DNA of 64,000 nucleotides, taken from contig NW_005434653.1 in the NCBI RefSeq assembly GCF_000315625.1, forward strand, positions 601,745-665,744, in the 5' to 3' direction. The notes beneath the pieces were generated by a model, which made no database searches, was not told the origin of the DNA, and was given only the letters and a program-made list of their open reading frames with translations. This document shows, one piece after another, positions 51,201-62,909 of this stretch (its first letter is position 1; each line of letters begins with the position of its first letter). The DNA comes from Guillardia theta CCMP2712. Taxonomy: Eukaryota; Protista; Cryptophyta. A program made the position numbers and the translations under genes.

Positions 51201-52298
51201 TGCTTGAGGCACTTTTTACCTTCTGCCAGTAAATCCTATAGCCCTGCATCCTGACACCCTCCGCTTCATCTGGTATCTCGCGGACATCATTGCTCAGCGC
51301 TCGATGCCTCTTGAGGATGCGGCGTTTGGTCGGCACTTCGTGCCTGATGACGGCCCTGCTGCTGAGGTCCTGGCTCGCAAACGCGCCGCCACCTATCAGC
51401 GCCTCACTATCAGTGCAGCTGACGCTGGAGGCGCTCTTGTCTGGTGCGAGGCGCATGACGCCCTTGCGGGCGCAAGCACTTCTCGAGCCAGAGGACAGCT
51501 CCTCCTCGGACTTTGTCGAGTCGCCCAAGGGGGAGTCTTCGCCGGAGGTCTCCGACTCCGATGGGGGAAACACGTCGAGTGGCGCCGACGATCGGCGCGG
51601 AGCTGGCGAGGCGTCTCCGTCCCTCACTGTGACGTCGGGTGCCTCCGGAGAGCTCGACACCACTGGGGTGCTTGCTGCTGGTCCGAGCTCGCCTGCTTCC
51701 TCCCCGGCATCGGTCGGGTCACGCCGGTCCTTGGGCATTGCCGCGGCGTCGCCGCCGTCACGGGCGGCTACCGCTGACTCGGCTACCGCTGACTCGGAGG
51801 CTAGCGAGGAGGACTACCTCGAGCGGTACCGTGTTCCAGTGTCCAGCCTCCCTCCGTCCGCTGCCCCAGGCGGACCCCCGGGCCACGCCGGCTCCTTGTC
51901 GGCGGCTGCCCTTTCTTCGTCCGCGGCCGCCCGCTTTGTGGCGGCAGCGGACGTCTCGACTGACAGTCACTGGGTCAGTCGGCTGCCTCCGGGTATCGCG
52001 TCTAAGGTCATAGGATTACTGCAGAAGGTAAAAAGTGCCTCAAGCAAAACAAAGCAGGAACAAGCTGAACCGGCAGGCACACAGTCCACAGCGAGAAGCT
52101 GCACAATCACACACAAAACACAAGCCCGAAAAGAACCAGCACTGCTGGCACCCAGACGCGGCATCGCCAGCCCAAGCGCGAAGCCGCGCAGACAAGCAGC
52201 CTAAGGGTCAAGCAATCAAGCAACAAGCAGCAGGAGCATGCAGGAGGAAGAAAATCCCTTACACGCGATACCCGGAGGCAGCCGACTGACCACTGTCA
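42940..52298 (+). mobile_element. Tandem, rearranged array of a CRE-clade non-LTR retrotransposon with C-terminal restriction-like endonuclease; last piece inverted
   Basis: RT start LRPIVIGSAHRRL..QFG; thumb GITLGGLPIG; zinc knuckle CDGC..HLQTCK..HD; RLE GDIHIPG..ADVTLVHP..EKIRKH..FIPLAISTDG. A shared ~250-400 bp 3' block ending CAGTAAATCC recurs at ~42965, 46635, 48680, 50935 and inverted at 52010; partial copies at 43405 and 51820. Confidence 0.9.
50834..50933. other. Assembly gap (100 N)
   Basis: N run. Confidence 1.
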
Positions 52299-52398
52299 NN
52301 NNNNNNNNNNNNNNNNNNNNNNNNNNNNNNNNNNNNNNNNNNNNNNNNNNNNNNNNNNNNNNNNNNNNNNNNNNNNNNNNNNNNNNNNNNNNNNNNNN
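52299..52398. other. Assembly gap (100 N)
   Basis: N run. Confidence 1.
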
Positions 52399-52577
52399 TC
52401 ATAAAACTATCATCGACTAAATTCTACAGAGGAAGAGCGGGAGGAAGAGAGGGAGAGAGGGAGAGGAAGAGCGGGAGGAAGAGAGGGAGGGAGGGAGGGA
52501 GGGAGAGTACCAGAGTTCAGTCTGACTGGCTTTCAGGTCGGGCGCCTGTCAGAACCGGCAGGTCGTCACGATCTGGC

Positions 52578-53944
52578 ATGGGCGAAAATCAAGACTCTTC
52601 CAGACAAGTGTCGGTGAGGACGAGCAGGAAGGAAAGGGAATGACACGGTTCTCAGGCTGGAACGAGCGGAGGGGCGATAGTGGCTGAAGGGGGAGCGAAG
52701 CTAAGGTATCGGCTTGGGGGATGCGTTGGAGAAGGAGCGACGGGGAAAGTTTACGTGGGTCTCAACGTGTCAACGGGCGATTTGCTCGCAGTCAAACAGA
52801 TCCACTTTGACAACATCACTCGCGACGAGGTGCGGTCGTATCGTATCTGATTTCCCTCCTCCTGCGCCTGGCTCTCCTCACACACCCCGCTCCCTGCTCC
52901 CTGATCGATGTGCTCTCCTTTTCCCTCAAACAAGTTGTCTTCCACTTTGCTCAAACGCTCTGAGCGTGTCGTTGCGTGCAGTTGGCTGCCATCGAACAGG
53001 AAATCCTCTTGCTACAGAAGCTTCGGCATGATCACGTCGGTGAGATGGAGGGGCTGAGAGAGGAGCTGAAAGAGGAGCTGAGCCGCTCTCAGTCTCATAC
53101 ATCGCCATCGACATCACTGACACCAACCTCAACATCCTCATGGAGTTTTGTCCGGGCGGGAGCGTCGCTCACCTTCTCAAGGCCTTTGGAGCTCTCGAAG
53201 AAGAAGTCTTGCGAGCTTACACTCGTCAGATCATTGAAGGCCTCGATTTCCTCCATCAAAATCAAGTCGTGCACCGGGACATCAAGGCAGCTTTCCCTCT
53301 CCTCTGCTTGTCTCCCCTCTGTTTTCTGTTCTCATTTCTTTGTTTGTCTCTCAGGGTGCCAACGTCCTGGTGGCTCACAACGGAGTTTTGAAGATCGCAG
53401 ACTTCGGGGCGACTATGGTGCTCACGGGGAACAAAACGATGACCGAGGATGGGAAGCAGATCCAAGGAACTCCTTACTGGCATGCCTTCGTCCACGCCCA
53501 AGGACCGTTCTAAACCTCGCGAGCAGGATGGCACCGGAAGTCATCAAGCAGGAGGCGTACGGGAGGAAGGCGGATGTTTGGTCCCTGGGCATGACTGTCT
53601 GTGACTTGTGGATCTTCTGCATCCTCTGAGAGGTATCAGGTGTTGGAGATGGCGACGGCAAAGCATCCTTGGGAGAAGTTCAACAACAAGTTTGCGTGAG
53701 CGCTGCTGAGAGTTTAGCTGGAGTGTTGTGAATGTCATGCAGGGCGATGACGGAGATCGCGTCGGGCTCTTCCCTCCCTGATGTCCCTTCACACCTCTCG
53801 CCCTCGTGCAAGGATTTCATCCTCTGCTGCATTCAGAGGTGACGCGTGAGAGGGGCTGAGGACGGCTGACGTGGGAGCAGGGACGTATCCAAGAGAGCCT
53901 ACTGCTACGACCTGATCAAACACGACTGGCTCGTTGCCCGCTGA
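52578..53944 (+). CDS. STE11/NPK1-like MAP3K kinase domain; 5' end possibly further upstream
   Basis: VGEGATGKVYVGLN..GDLLAVKQI, MEFCPGGSV, YTRQIIEGL, HRDIK|GANVL, DFG, GTPYW|MAPEV, ADVWSLG, HPW, HDWL. Confidence 0.93.
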
Positions 53945-53951
53945 TCTTCTA

Positions 53952-55318
53952 TTACTCTTGCGCAAAGAGATGCTGCTGGTACTGCTCACGCCGCTTCCGT
54001 TCCCTCACACACCCGTCAGTACCACATCTCATGCAGCACGCGGAACCTCGGGAGGTAGAAGACCCAACTTCCGCATTGCAGCTCGTTTGCGTTCCTGGCT
54101 GACGTGTGACATGGAGGGAAAGGGAGTGAGAGGGCTGGGCGTCACCTTGGAGTGGAGGGGGTTCTTCTTTGGGGGGACACGAAGAGGAGTATCTGCGCGT
54201 ATTCGTCAAGTGGTTGAGGCAAGAAAGAAACCTCACCAAGGCTGGGCGCCCTTCTCTTCCCTCCCTTGCTCATGCTCGTGCTTTCCTTCGCCATCCGCAT
54301 CTGTGCCATGACGTCACCCTTGTCATCCAACGGCTGCATCAACCGCTTCGGGGATCGTCCCCGTCGCCATCGCAGCCTTGGCATACTCGATGGCCTCTGC
54401 CAGCTGCCTGTCGCTGGAGGAGCCAGTCATGCCAGCAGCAGGAGGACGCGTCTACCTGATGCGCTTGGGAATGCTCGCGCTTGTGAAGGCGGAGAGGCGA
54501 TCTCGGCTCACTGTATGTCTGCTCGAGACACCATGAGGTTTGAAGCAGCGCAAAGCGAGCTCGCACATGGCAGCGTCCTGGAAGCAGAAGAGCTTGAACT
54601 GCCGGTCACATCAGCTTCGCAGGAGCCTCCATGGCTTCGCTTGCCTTCTTGCTGTAAGGGTTCTTGAGCGATCCTTGGATCAGGATGCCTGGCCATGCAG
54701 CGCTATCTTTCACCTGCAGACTGTCAAGGGATGGGAAGGAGAGCGTGCATTTAACCCGAGCCCAGACCACTTCCAGGGGAGGAGGCCTCCTCAGCCTTGC
54801 GCCTCCGATCTACATGCATCTTAGGTTGGACAGACGTGAAGAGGAGAGAGGAACTTCAATCCATTCATCTTCCTCTTCTGTTCCTCCCACATAATGAACA
54901 AGAACCTGCGAGGAATGGTTGGCCAACATCACCACACCTTCAAACCCATCTCACCGAGTCTCCCTCGCGCGCCTTGATGTTGGCATCCCACCATTCCCCG
55001 TCGAACTCAACCTCCACTGCGAATCCCTGCCCTTGTTTCAACTGCGACAACTCCAGAAAAGCGCAAACACACCACTTGCCACGGGTCCTCAGAGTTTGGT
55101 AGAGAGGATTCGGATCCTCCGTCCTCTCCCTCGCCTGTTCCATCTCTGGCTTCGGCTGCTTTCTTCCCTCTCCCCTCTTCCCTCTCCCCTAGTCCATGTT
55201 CGTGTTCCTGTCGCTGTTCATTCCCTTCGTTGACTCTGCTATCCCCCCCATCTCCGTCTCTCTCTCCCTCGTCTTCTGCTGTCACTCCCGCCATGTCGTC
55301 TCCTTTCTCCGTCGCCAT
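53952..55318 (-). CDS. Tudor/chromo-barrel-like domain protein, multi-exon
   Basis: VEVEFDGEWWDANIKAREGDS..VLVHYVGGTEEEDEWI after splicing; acidic N-terminus. 3' end approximate. Confidence 0.65.
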
Positions 55319-55339
55319 CCCTTCCGCCTGCACCAACTA

Positions 55340-55520
55340 GTAGGGCTCAGGTAGGGCTCAAGGCTGGGAGTGGACGGGCGCGGGCCCGGCCGGCGTTGCC
55401 CGGCCCGGCATTGGCAGCCTGACTCCGAGGCAGCAGCACTGTGCCAGTGTAACTAGAGTCCGGCGAGCCGCTGCTCAGCGGCTAGTACTGTCACGCCAAC
55501 GACATGACAGTACTCAAGTT
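55340..55520. repeat. Small GC-rich palindromic-word island
   Basis: GCGCGGGCCCGGCCGGC, GCCCGGCCCGGC, CTAGTAC, GTCAC. Confidence 0.55.
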
Positions 55521-55626
55521 TGTGTTGAAGGTGTGTGTGTATGTGCGTATGTGTGACTGTATGCTTGACTCTGATCATCTTTTACTGCTATGAAGCCGTT
55601 CAAACGGTTCAGCCCGGCCCGACATG

Positions 55627-56454
55627 TCACATGGAGCGAGTTGGATCCCAGCCGGTGGTCATGTAGCAGTCCCAAGACTTCATCTTCACCAGATCCTCCT
55701 CGGACAGTTCAAACGAGTCCACCTGCATGTTCTCCTTTATCCTCGCGGGGTTCGTCGATTTCGGTATGGTCACAAAGCCCTGTTGCAGCGACCACTTGAT
55801 GAGCACTTGCGCTGGCGTACACTTGTGCTTGCTTGCCAGGGTGAGAACCTCTGCGTCTGCCATCTTGGAGGCCTTTGCTAAGGGCGAGTATGCTGTCAGC
55901 ACGATCCCTTTCTCCGTGCAATACGCCACCAGCTCCTTCCGAGCCAGCCACGGGTGCAACTCTACCTGGTTGGTAGCCGGCAGAGTCTTGAAGTGCTTCT
56001 CTAACTCCTCCAAGTGGTGTATCCCATAGTTGCTCACTCCTATGCTTCGAGCTAGTCCTGCGGCCTTGGCGTCTTCGAGAGCTCGCCACTGCTCTAGACG
56101 GTTCTTCTTGTCGTTGGGAGAGTGGATGAGGTACATGTCGACATAGTCCATCCCGAGCCTCCTCAGCGAGTCCTTGAGCGCCTTCATCGTTCCCTCATAG
56201 TCATATCCCGACGCTCCCATGCTCGCAAGCTTAGTAGTTACAAACACTTGTTCGCGCGGCAGCCCAGACGCGCGGATCGCCTCCCCCACGCTCTCCTCGT
56301 TGCGGTAGTAGGCGGCTGTGTCGATGTGGCGGTAGCCCAACTGTAGGGCTGTGAGCACAGCATGGAAGGTGGTGGGTCCAGGTTCAGAGCGGAAGACTCC
56401 CAGCCCCAGGCGCGGCATGCTCCTCCCGTCGTTGAGAATCTTCGCCCCCTGCAT
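55627..56454 (-). CDS. Aldo/keto reductase (2,5-DKG reductase/AKR5-like), intronless
   Basis: GYRHIDTAAYYRNE, VFVTTKL, YLIHSP, IGVSNY, NQVELHPW, IPKS; catalytic D/Y/K/H present. Confidence 0.95.
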   Translation of the reverse strand: MQGAKILNDGRSMPRLGLGVFRSEPGPTTFHAVLTALQLGYRHIDTAAYYRNEESVGEAIRASGLPREQVFVTTKLASMGASGYDYEGTMKALKDSLRRLGMDYVDMYLIHSPNDKKNRLEQWRALEDAKAAGLARSIGVSNYGIHHLEELEKHFKTLPATNQVELHPWLARKELVAYCTEKGIVLTAYSPLAKASKMADAEVLTLASKHKCTPAQVLIKWSLQQGFVTIPKSTNPARIKENMQVDSFELSEEDLVKMKSWDCYMTTGWDPTRSM

Positions 56455-56574
56455 CCTTGCGACAAAGTAGGACCCCTCATCCCCTCTCACCCCTTCAGAG
56501 GAAAACAGAAACAAAGCGAACGCTTACAAGGCAAAGGGCACTAGGATCTAGGATGGGACCTTGCCTCCTGCCTC

Positions 56575-57200
56575 CTGCTCCTGCTCGCTTCTCCCTGCTC
56601 CCTGCTCGCTTCTCCCTTCTCCCTTCTCCCTTCTCCCTTCTCCCTTCTCCCTTCTCCCTTCTCCCTTCTCCCTTCTCCCTTCTCCCTTCTCCCTTCTCCC
56701 TTCTCCCTTCTCCCTTCTCCCTTCTCCCTTCTCCCTTCTCCCTTCTCCCTGCTCGCTTCTCCCTGCTCCCTTCTCCCTTCTCCCTGCTCCCTGCTCCCTG
56801 CTCCCTGCTCCCTTCTCTCTTCTCTCTTCTCTCTTTTCCCTGCTCCCTGCTCCCTGCTCCAGCTGGTGCTGGTGCTGGTTCCCTTAGTCTAGGGTTGCGC
56901 TGACGCTGTTCGTTGTCTGAGATGACTGCTTCGTAATGGGTATCATTGTTTTCCTGGCTAGCAGCATAAGGTTTCTGTATTCTCTCAAGTCTCTCGAGCT
57001 TAAATTGCTGGATAGAGCATGAGACAGCGAGGGTGAGCGTTAGAATGAGGGGGGGGAGAGGTAGACGGAGGACAAGGAGAGCGGGAGAGAAGGACAAGGA
57101 GAGCGAGAAGGACAAGGAGAGCGGGAGAGAAGGACAAGGAGAGCGGGAGAGAAGGACAAGGAGAGCGGGAGAGAAGGACAAGGAGAGCGGGAGAGAAGCG
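56575..57200. repeat. (TTCTCCC)/(CTCCCTG)n heptamers (56575-56860) and ~18-22-nt GAGAAGGACAAGGAGAGCGGGA minisatellite (57070-57197)
   Basis: Direct inspection. Confidence 0.9.
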
Positions 57201-57240
57201 TCTTCATGGGCTTGGAGGCAGGTTACATGTGTTGTTTCAG

Positions 57241-60200
57241 ATGTCAGCGCAACCAGAGCTTCTTCCTGCATGCCTCGTTCCTCGACACTACGACCTCGAT
57301 ATCGACGTGAACCTCAGCGAGTTTGTGTTTGCTGGGAGAGTGGTGCTGCCTCGTGATGGCAACCAGCGAGACTGACAGCGAGACAGCAAATCACGGCTGA
57401 GGTGAAGGAGGAGACAGACGTGATCGTGCTACATGCTCTTGACATCACCATCAAATCGGTTCAAGTCACTTCCTCCGATGGCTCAGGTCGAAACTTCATT
57501 GCTCGGACTTCCTCTCCCCTCCTTCTCCTCGGCTCCTTTTCCCTTCCTCTTGGCCTCTGCTCGCTAACCCAGTCTGACCTCGTCTCACGCCACCTTTCAG
57601 TCACTCGGCCCATCAGTCAGCCGCTGATCTCGCTCGCGCAGGCAAGCCTCACCTGCTCTTTCTGTCTATCTCAGACTGCATACAACCGGCTACATACCCC
57701 CCTATGTCCCCCCCTGCCCTCCCTGCCCCTCCCCTTCTCTGAGCCTTGGTCAGACTCAACCGCGAAAGCTTCACAAGTGCGACGGCGTCACCTCATTCTC
57801 TGAGGTCTTCGACTCGCCTGCATCTCCAGCTGACGCAGCTCAGGACACCATCTCCATCCAGCTGGAGCGGAAGCTTGCGTGTGGTGAGGTTGTGCTGGAC
57901 CTGAGCTACGACGGGGAGCTCAACAGCAACATGTGCGGCTTCTACAGGTGAAGCTGGAGGAGATGGGGGGGAGCTGAAGGAGCAGCAGGTCTAAGGCGCT
58001 CATAGACGGGAAGGAGGAGTACATGGCCGTGACGCAGCACGAGCCGACGGACTGCCGGTGAGCTGGTCCCCTGCTGGCGGGGCAGTCACTGCTCCTCATG
58101 CAGACGAACTCTTCCTTGCTTCGACGAGCCGGCGCTGAAAGCTTCCTTCGACGTGACGCTGCGAGTGCCTGCACACCTGACGGCTTTGAGCAACATGCCC
58201 GTGAAGGTGAGAGACTAGAGGGCTGCCGACTGTCTCCTGTCCTCCATCCTCCCCTCCTCACTGCTCACTCGCTCTCCCACAGGACGAGATTGTAGAGGCT
58301 GATCGCAAAGTCGTTCGGTTTGAACGCACTCCTCGCATGTCGACGTATCTCCTCGCCATGGTGACCTTCTCTCGTCGCCTTCCCCCCCTCATCTCCGCCT
58401 CAGGCTGTCGGACGACTGGAGCACGTGGAGGGAACGACCAAGAAAGGAGTCAAGTACCGAGTCTACGCTTGCCCTGGTCGCCCCCCCCCCCCCCCTCCAC
58501 GTTTTCTCTTCTCATTGACTGCGTGGCAGGTGTGACGAATCAATGTCTCTTTGCCCTCGATGTTGGCATGAAGGTTTCAGTCCCCACAAGCTCCTCATGT
58601 TCCCCGTCCACTTCTTTCTGCTACCTCCACCTCCACCTCCACCTCCACCTCCACCTCCACCTCCACCTCCACCTCCACCTCCACCTCCACCTCCACCTCT
58701 CCCTCACCCTCTACCTCTCTCTCACCCTCCACCTCCACCTCTCCCTCACCCTGGCTCTCGTCAGGTCCTCGACTTCTTTTCCGATTACTTCGGTATTTCC
58801 TATCCGCTTCCAAAGCTCGACATGGTGAGCATGTGAAGCTTTCAGCTGTTTCCTCGCCAGCTCACGAGCTCTCAGATCGCTCTGCCTGACTTCGCTGCCG
58901 GCGCAATGGAGAACTGGGGGCTCATCACGTACAGAGAGGCGAACCTGCTGATCGATGAGGTTAACAGGTGTGGCTCCTTGCCCACCCTCCCGCCTCCCGC
59001 CTCCTCCCTCCTCGTCTTCCTCCCTCCTCTTCGCTACCCCCCCTCCTCCTTCCGTCTTCTCACGCTCGGCTCTTCTCAGTCCTCTCGTCACGAAGCAGCG
59101 GGTGGCGTACGTGGTGGCGCACGAGCTGGCGCATCAGTGGTTCGGGAACCTGGTGACGATGAGCTGGTGGACGGACCTCTGGCTCAACGAAGGCTTCGCC
59201 ACCTGGGTTGGCAACTTCGCCGTCGATCATCTCTACAAGCACTGGGACATCTGGACCCAGTTTGTGAACCAGTACGCCGGCAGAGCACTGCAGCTGGACG
59301 CGCTGGAGACGTCGCACGCGATCGAGGTGGAGGTGAAGAGGTCGGGGGAGGTGAACGAGATCTTCGACGAGATCAGCTACTGCAAGGGCGCCGCCTGCAT
59401 CATGATGCTAACCTCCTTCCTCGGCATGCCCTCCTTCCGCTCCGGCATCTCCTCCTACCTCAACAAGTTCCAGTACGGCAACGCGAGCACGCGAGACCTC
59501 TGGGAGTCGCTGACGGAGGCGTCGGGCAAGGACGTGGAGAAGTTCATGGGGCCGTGGACGAGGAACGTCGGATACCCGGTCGTCTTCCTCTCTCGCTCCT
59601 CCGGGAAACTCTCCTTCGCCGTCGAGCGCTTCCTCGCCACCGGCAAGGAGGCGCCGGGAAGTGATTGGTGGGTGCCTATGCGGGTGCTGCATTCGTCGGG
59701 GAAGGAGGAGCTGCTCGACATCAAGGGGAAGACGCTGGAGGTGGAGGATGCGGAGGGAGGAGGATGGGTCAAGGGAAACCTCCACCAAACCGCCTTCTTC
59801 CGTATTCGCTACGATGACGCCCTTCTCGCCCTCCTCGGCCCTGCCATCAGCGAGCTTCGCTTGTCTCCCTCGGACAGGCTTGGCGTCCAGGCAGATGCCT
59901 TCGCGTTGGCTCGAGCAGGCAAGATGAGGACCGACCGTGCGCTGGCGCTGGCGATGGAGTACGAGGAGGAGGAGGACTTCACGGTGTGGGCTGACTTGCT
60001 TGGTTCGCTGGCGGATGTGATGAGCACATGGGCAAAAGAGGCGGAGTACGAGGGGCTGCAGCAGATGATGGTGAAGCTGCTGCAGAAGATCATGAAGAAA
60101 GTTGGATGGGAGGCGAAGGACGGGGAAGGCGCGCTCTTCCCCATGCTCCGCCCCCTCGTGATCCTCAACCTCGGGCGGAATGGCGACGAGGAGGTGGCGG

Positions 60201-61147
60201 CGGAAGCGAGGAGGAGGATGAAGGGCGGGTGGAAGAGCGTTGCAGCGGATCTTAGGTACGCAGTCTACGCGACAGTGGTGGGGACAGGAGGAGCAGAAGA
60301 GTTCGAGGTGGTGAAGCGAGTGTTCCTCGAGGCGGAGATGTCGGACGAGAGGAACCGAGCCATGCGCGCCCTCTGCGCTACTAGGGAGGAGAAGCTGATG
60401 GACCAGGTGCTGGCCATGACCCTCGACGGTTCCATCCGATCTCAAGACGTCTTCTACGTTTTCGGCAGCCTTTCTGCCAACAGGTGATGATGATCAATAA
60501 TGATGATGATGATGATGATCAATAATGATGATGATGATGATGATGATGAGGAACACCTAGCTGCAAGATAGGTCTAACTGTAATCAGGGTGGGGATGGAC
60601 GTTGCCTGGCGCTTCTTGCAAGCGAACTGGAGCAAGATCTCAGGTGAAGGAGAGGAGAAGGGCGTCGAGACTGAAGGCATGCAGGCATGTTCCCTTCCGG
60701 GCAGCCGCCACTTGCTCGCATCATCAAGACAACCGTCAGGTCTTCCTGCTGCTGCAAAGCTGCGTCTTACGGTTGTCTCAGCTCGTTCGCATCTGAGGAG
60801 CGCGCAGCTGAGGTGGAGGCTTTCTTTGCAGACAAGGTGAGGGCATGAGAGAGCGGGAGAGGAGGAGGAGGAGGAGAACCAGAAGGTTGACAGGAGGGGA
60901 TGCGGAGGGTCAGAAGGGGGCAGGCGAGGCTGAACATCCCGGCAGGAGACTCCAGGAGCGGAGATGTCGCTGAAGCAGGCGCTTGAGACCATCCGGATGA
61001 ATGTGAGCGTCTTGTCATCTCCTCCTCCTCCTCTGACTGCTTGCAGGCTGCATGGCTGCAGCGAGATCGGGTAGAGTGTGAGGGGGGCAGGGAGCGCGTG
61101 ACGATGACGTGCAGGACGTGGTGGGAAGTTGGCTGGCCTCCAAGTAG
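57241..61147 (+). CDS. M1 family puromycin-sensitive-type aminopeptidase
   Basis: [73 protein letters not shown]1-like C-terminus; stop TAG at 61147. Confidence 0.95.
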
Positions 61148-61179
61148 TTGGACCCCAGGTGGAGGGAGAAGCCCTCGCT

Positions 61180-62909
61180 TCACTGAGAGTGTAGGAGAGG
61201 ACAAGGCAGAAAGATTGGATCCTGAAACCGTGTCGGAAGCCTGCAAGAGGAATGACAATCAGCAGCAGCAGCAGCAGATGATGATGATGATGATGATGAT
61301 GACGACGACGACGATTGTCATGATGATTGTCATGGTGATTGTGATATGATGATGACGACAATTAGACGTTACCCAAAGGCCTTGAATACGAACTCATATC
61401 TATCTAGCTGCGTTTTCGTCAATTCGTTTTCTCTTTGCATGCAAAGTCACTCACCCTCTCTTGGGTGAATTCGAGCTTCACGTCCTCCAGCAGCTCTCGG
61501 GCTGCCTTGGAGTTCTTCTGCGAGTCTTCGCTCATGATCTGCTGCAGCCTCGCCATCATCTCCTCGTGCACTTGTAGCCCGCAGAGCTCAAACAGCGCCT
61601 CCGCCACCGCCTGCGGCTTCGCCACCATCTCGTCGTACTTGAGGGAGCGGATCCACCCGTCGCTCTTGTGCAGCAAGTCCAGCCCCCAGCGCATCATGCT
61701 CGTCCAGAACACGCAGACGTCCATGGCTGGCGCGTGCATGGTGCGACAGAAGCCGAGCGAGGTCAGCCAGGCGAGACGTCGCGGCACCAGCGCGAACCAG
61801 CGCCATCGCATCTGCCAGCACTGCCTCCAGAGCGCGTGATCGCGAGAGCTGCGCATGCTCACCCATAGGAGGACGAGCTGGTCCTTGAGCGAGTAGAGCC
61901 GCCAGTGTGGCTTGAGCTTCTCAACATAGGGATCGTTGTTGATGCTGAAGGTCTTGAAGAAGGAGGCGACAGAGGGCTTAGCATCGCGATAGAGAAAGAT
62001 TGCCTTGGAATCCGGGAACGAATCGCGGAAGGTTTCAGCCTTCAGGAGCGTGTAAGGAACCGGTGAGGACGAGGAGAGAAGAGTAAAGGAGAGGAGAGGA
62101 GAGGAGAGGAGAGGAGAGGAGAGAGGATTTACCAAGCACATTGATGTCGTGATGGTCTTGATACAGACTACTTGCTGCCCTATGAAGTCCTTAAGCATCA
62201 ACTTCGTTACGGCCTCCATCAGTTGCCGCGTATCCTTTCTGCCATAATCGCCACAATCCGGGCGGGCATGCGAGGGAGCGAGGAGGCGAGACAAGTTGAA
62301 GAGCGCGGCAGGCTCGGAGATGGTCACCACGCTCGGGTGAAGGTGAAGCAGCTGCGTGAGGAGCGTCGAGCCGCATCGCCCCGGGCTCCAGATCATGACG
62401 ATGCGACATGAGGGAGGAGGCAGATGCTGGGCCACTCGGAGGACTTTGCTGATGGGAACCGAAATGTGAGCTATCGCTTGATCGCTCTGTGCGATCGCAA
62501 AGAAGGGGAACTGCTTCGGGTCATAAAGGTTCAGCCCTGGCTTGGTGATCATGAACTGAACATGCGTAAAGAATTGACCCCTTCCGAGCTCGCCACTCCC
62601 GAAGCCATGGATAGTGACGTTGCGCCTCTTCAACAAGCTGCGAAAGGTCTCTTCAGAAATTTCCATTTCGATGGGAGCGAAGCGAGAGGATTTCGCTTCC
62701 TTGACCCTGGAAATCCATCGTTCAAGCTTGGATGCAGACAGCACCCTCATTCCTTCCCACGACGTCACGTGCAACACGATCTTCTCCTTGTCCCGTCTCC
62801 CTCTAGCCACCTGCGCCTGCATGCGCCTCCATCCCACCATCGCCACCACCGTCGCCGCCCCCACCGCTACCCATCTTAGCATGACAAGGAGCAGGCAGAA
62901 TCCGAACAT
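61180..62909 (-). CDS. Sulfotransferase-like P-loop protein with N-terminal membrane anchor
   Basis: 5'-PSB-like SPGRCGSTLL, SEP, IFLYRD, LKYDEMVAKP, DSQ. Last exons read LDRYEFVFKAFG|LPTRFQDPIFLP..*. Confidence 0.8.

Noticed and set aside
42965-52298. Repeated 3' block read as LTRs, DIRS repeats or a CRISPR-like array
   Set aside because: It contains the ORF end and UTR; spacing is irregular; the protein has RLE motifs and no integrase, tyrosine recombinase or cas genes.
55340-55362. TAGGGCTCAGGTAGGGCTCAAG as telomere seed
   Set aside because: Only two imperfect units; no array.
59408-60445. 345-aa minus ORF (similar cases at 15362 and 21592)
   Set aside because: Antisense to well-supported genes.
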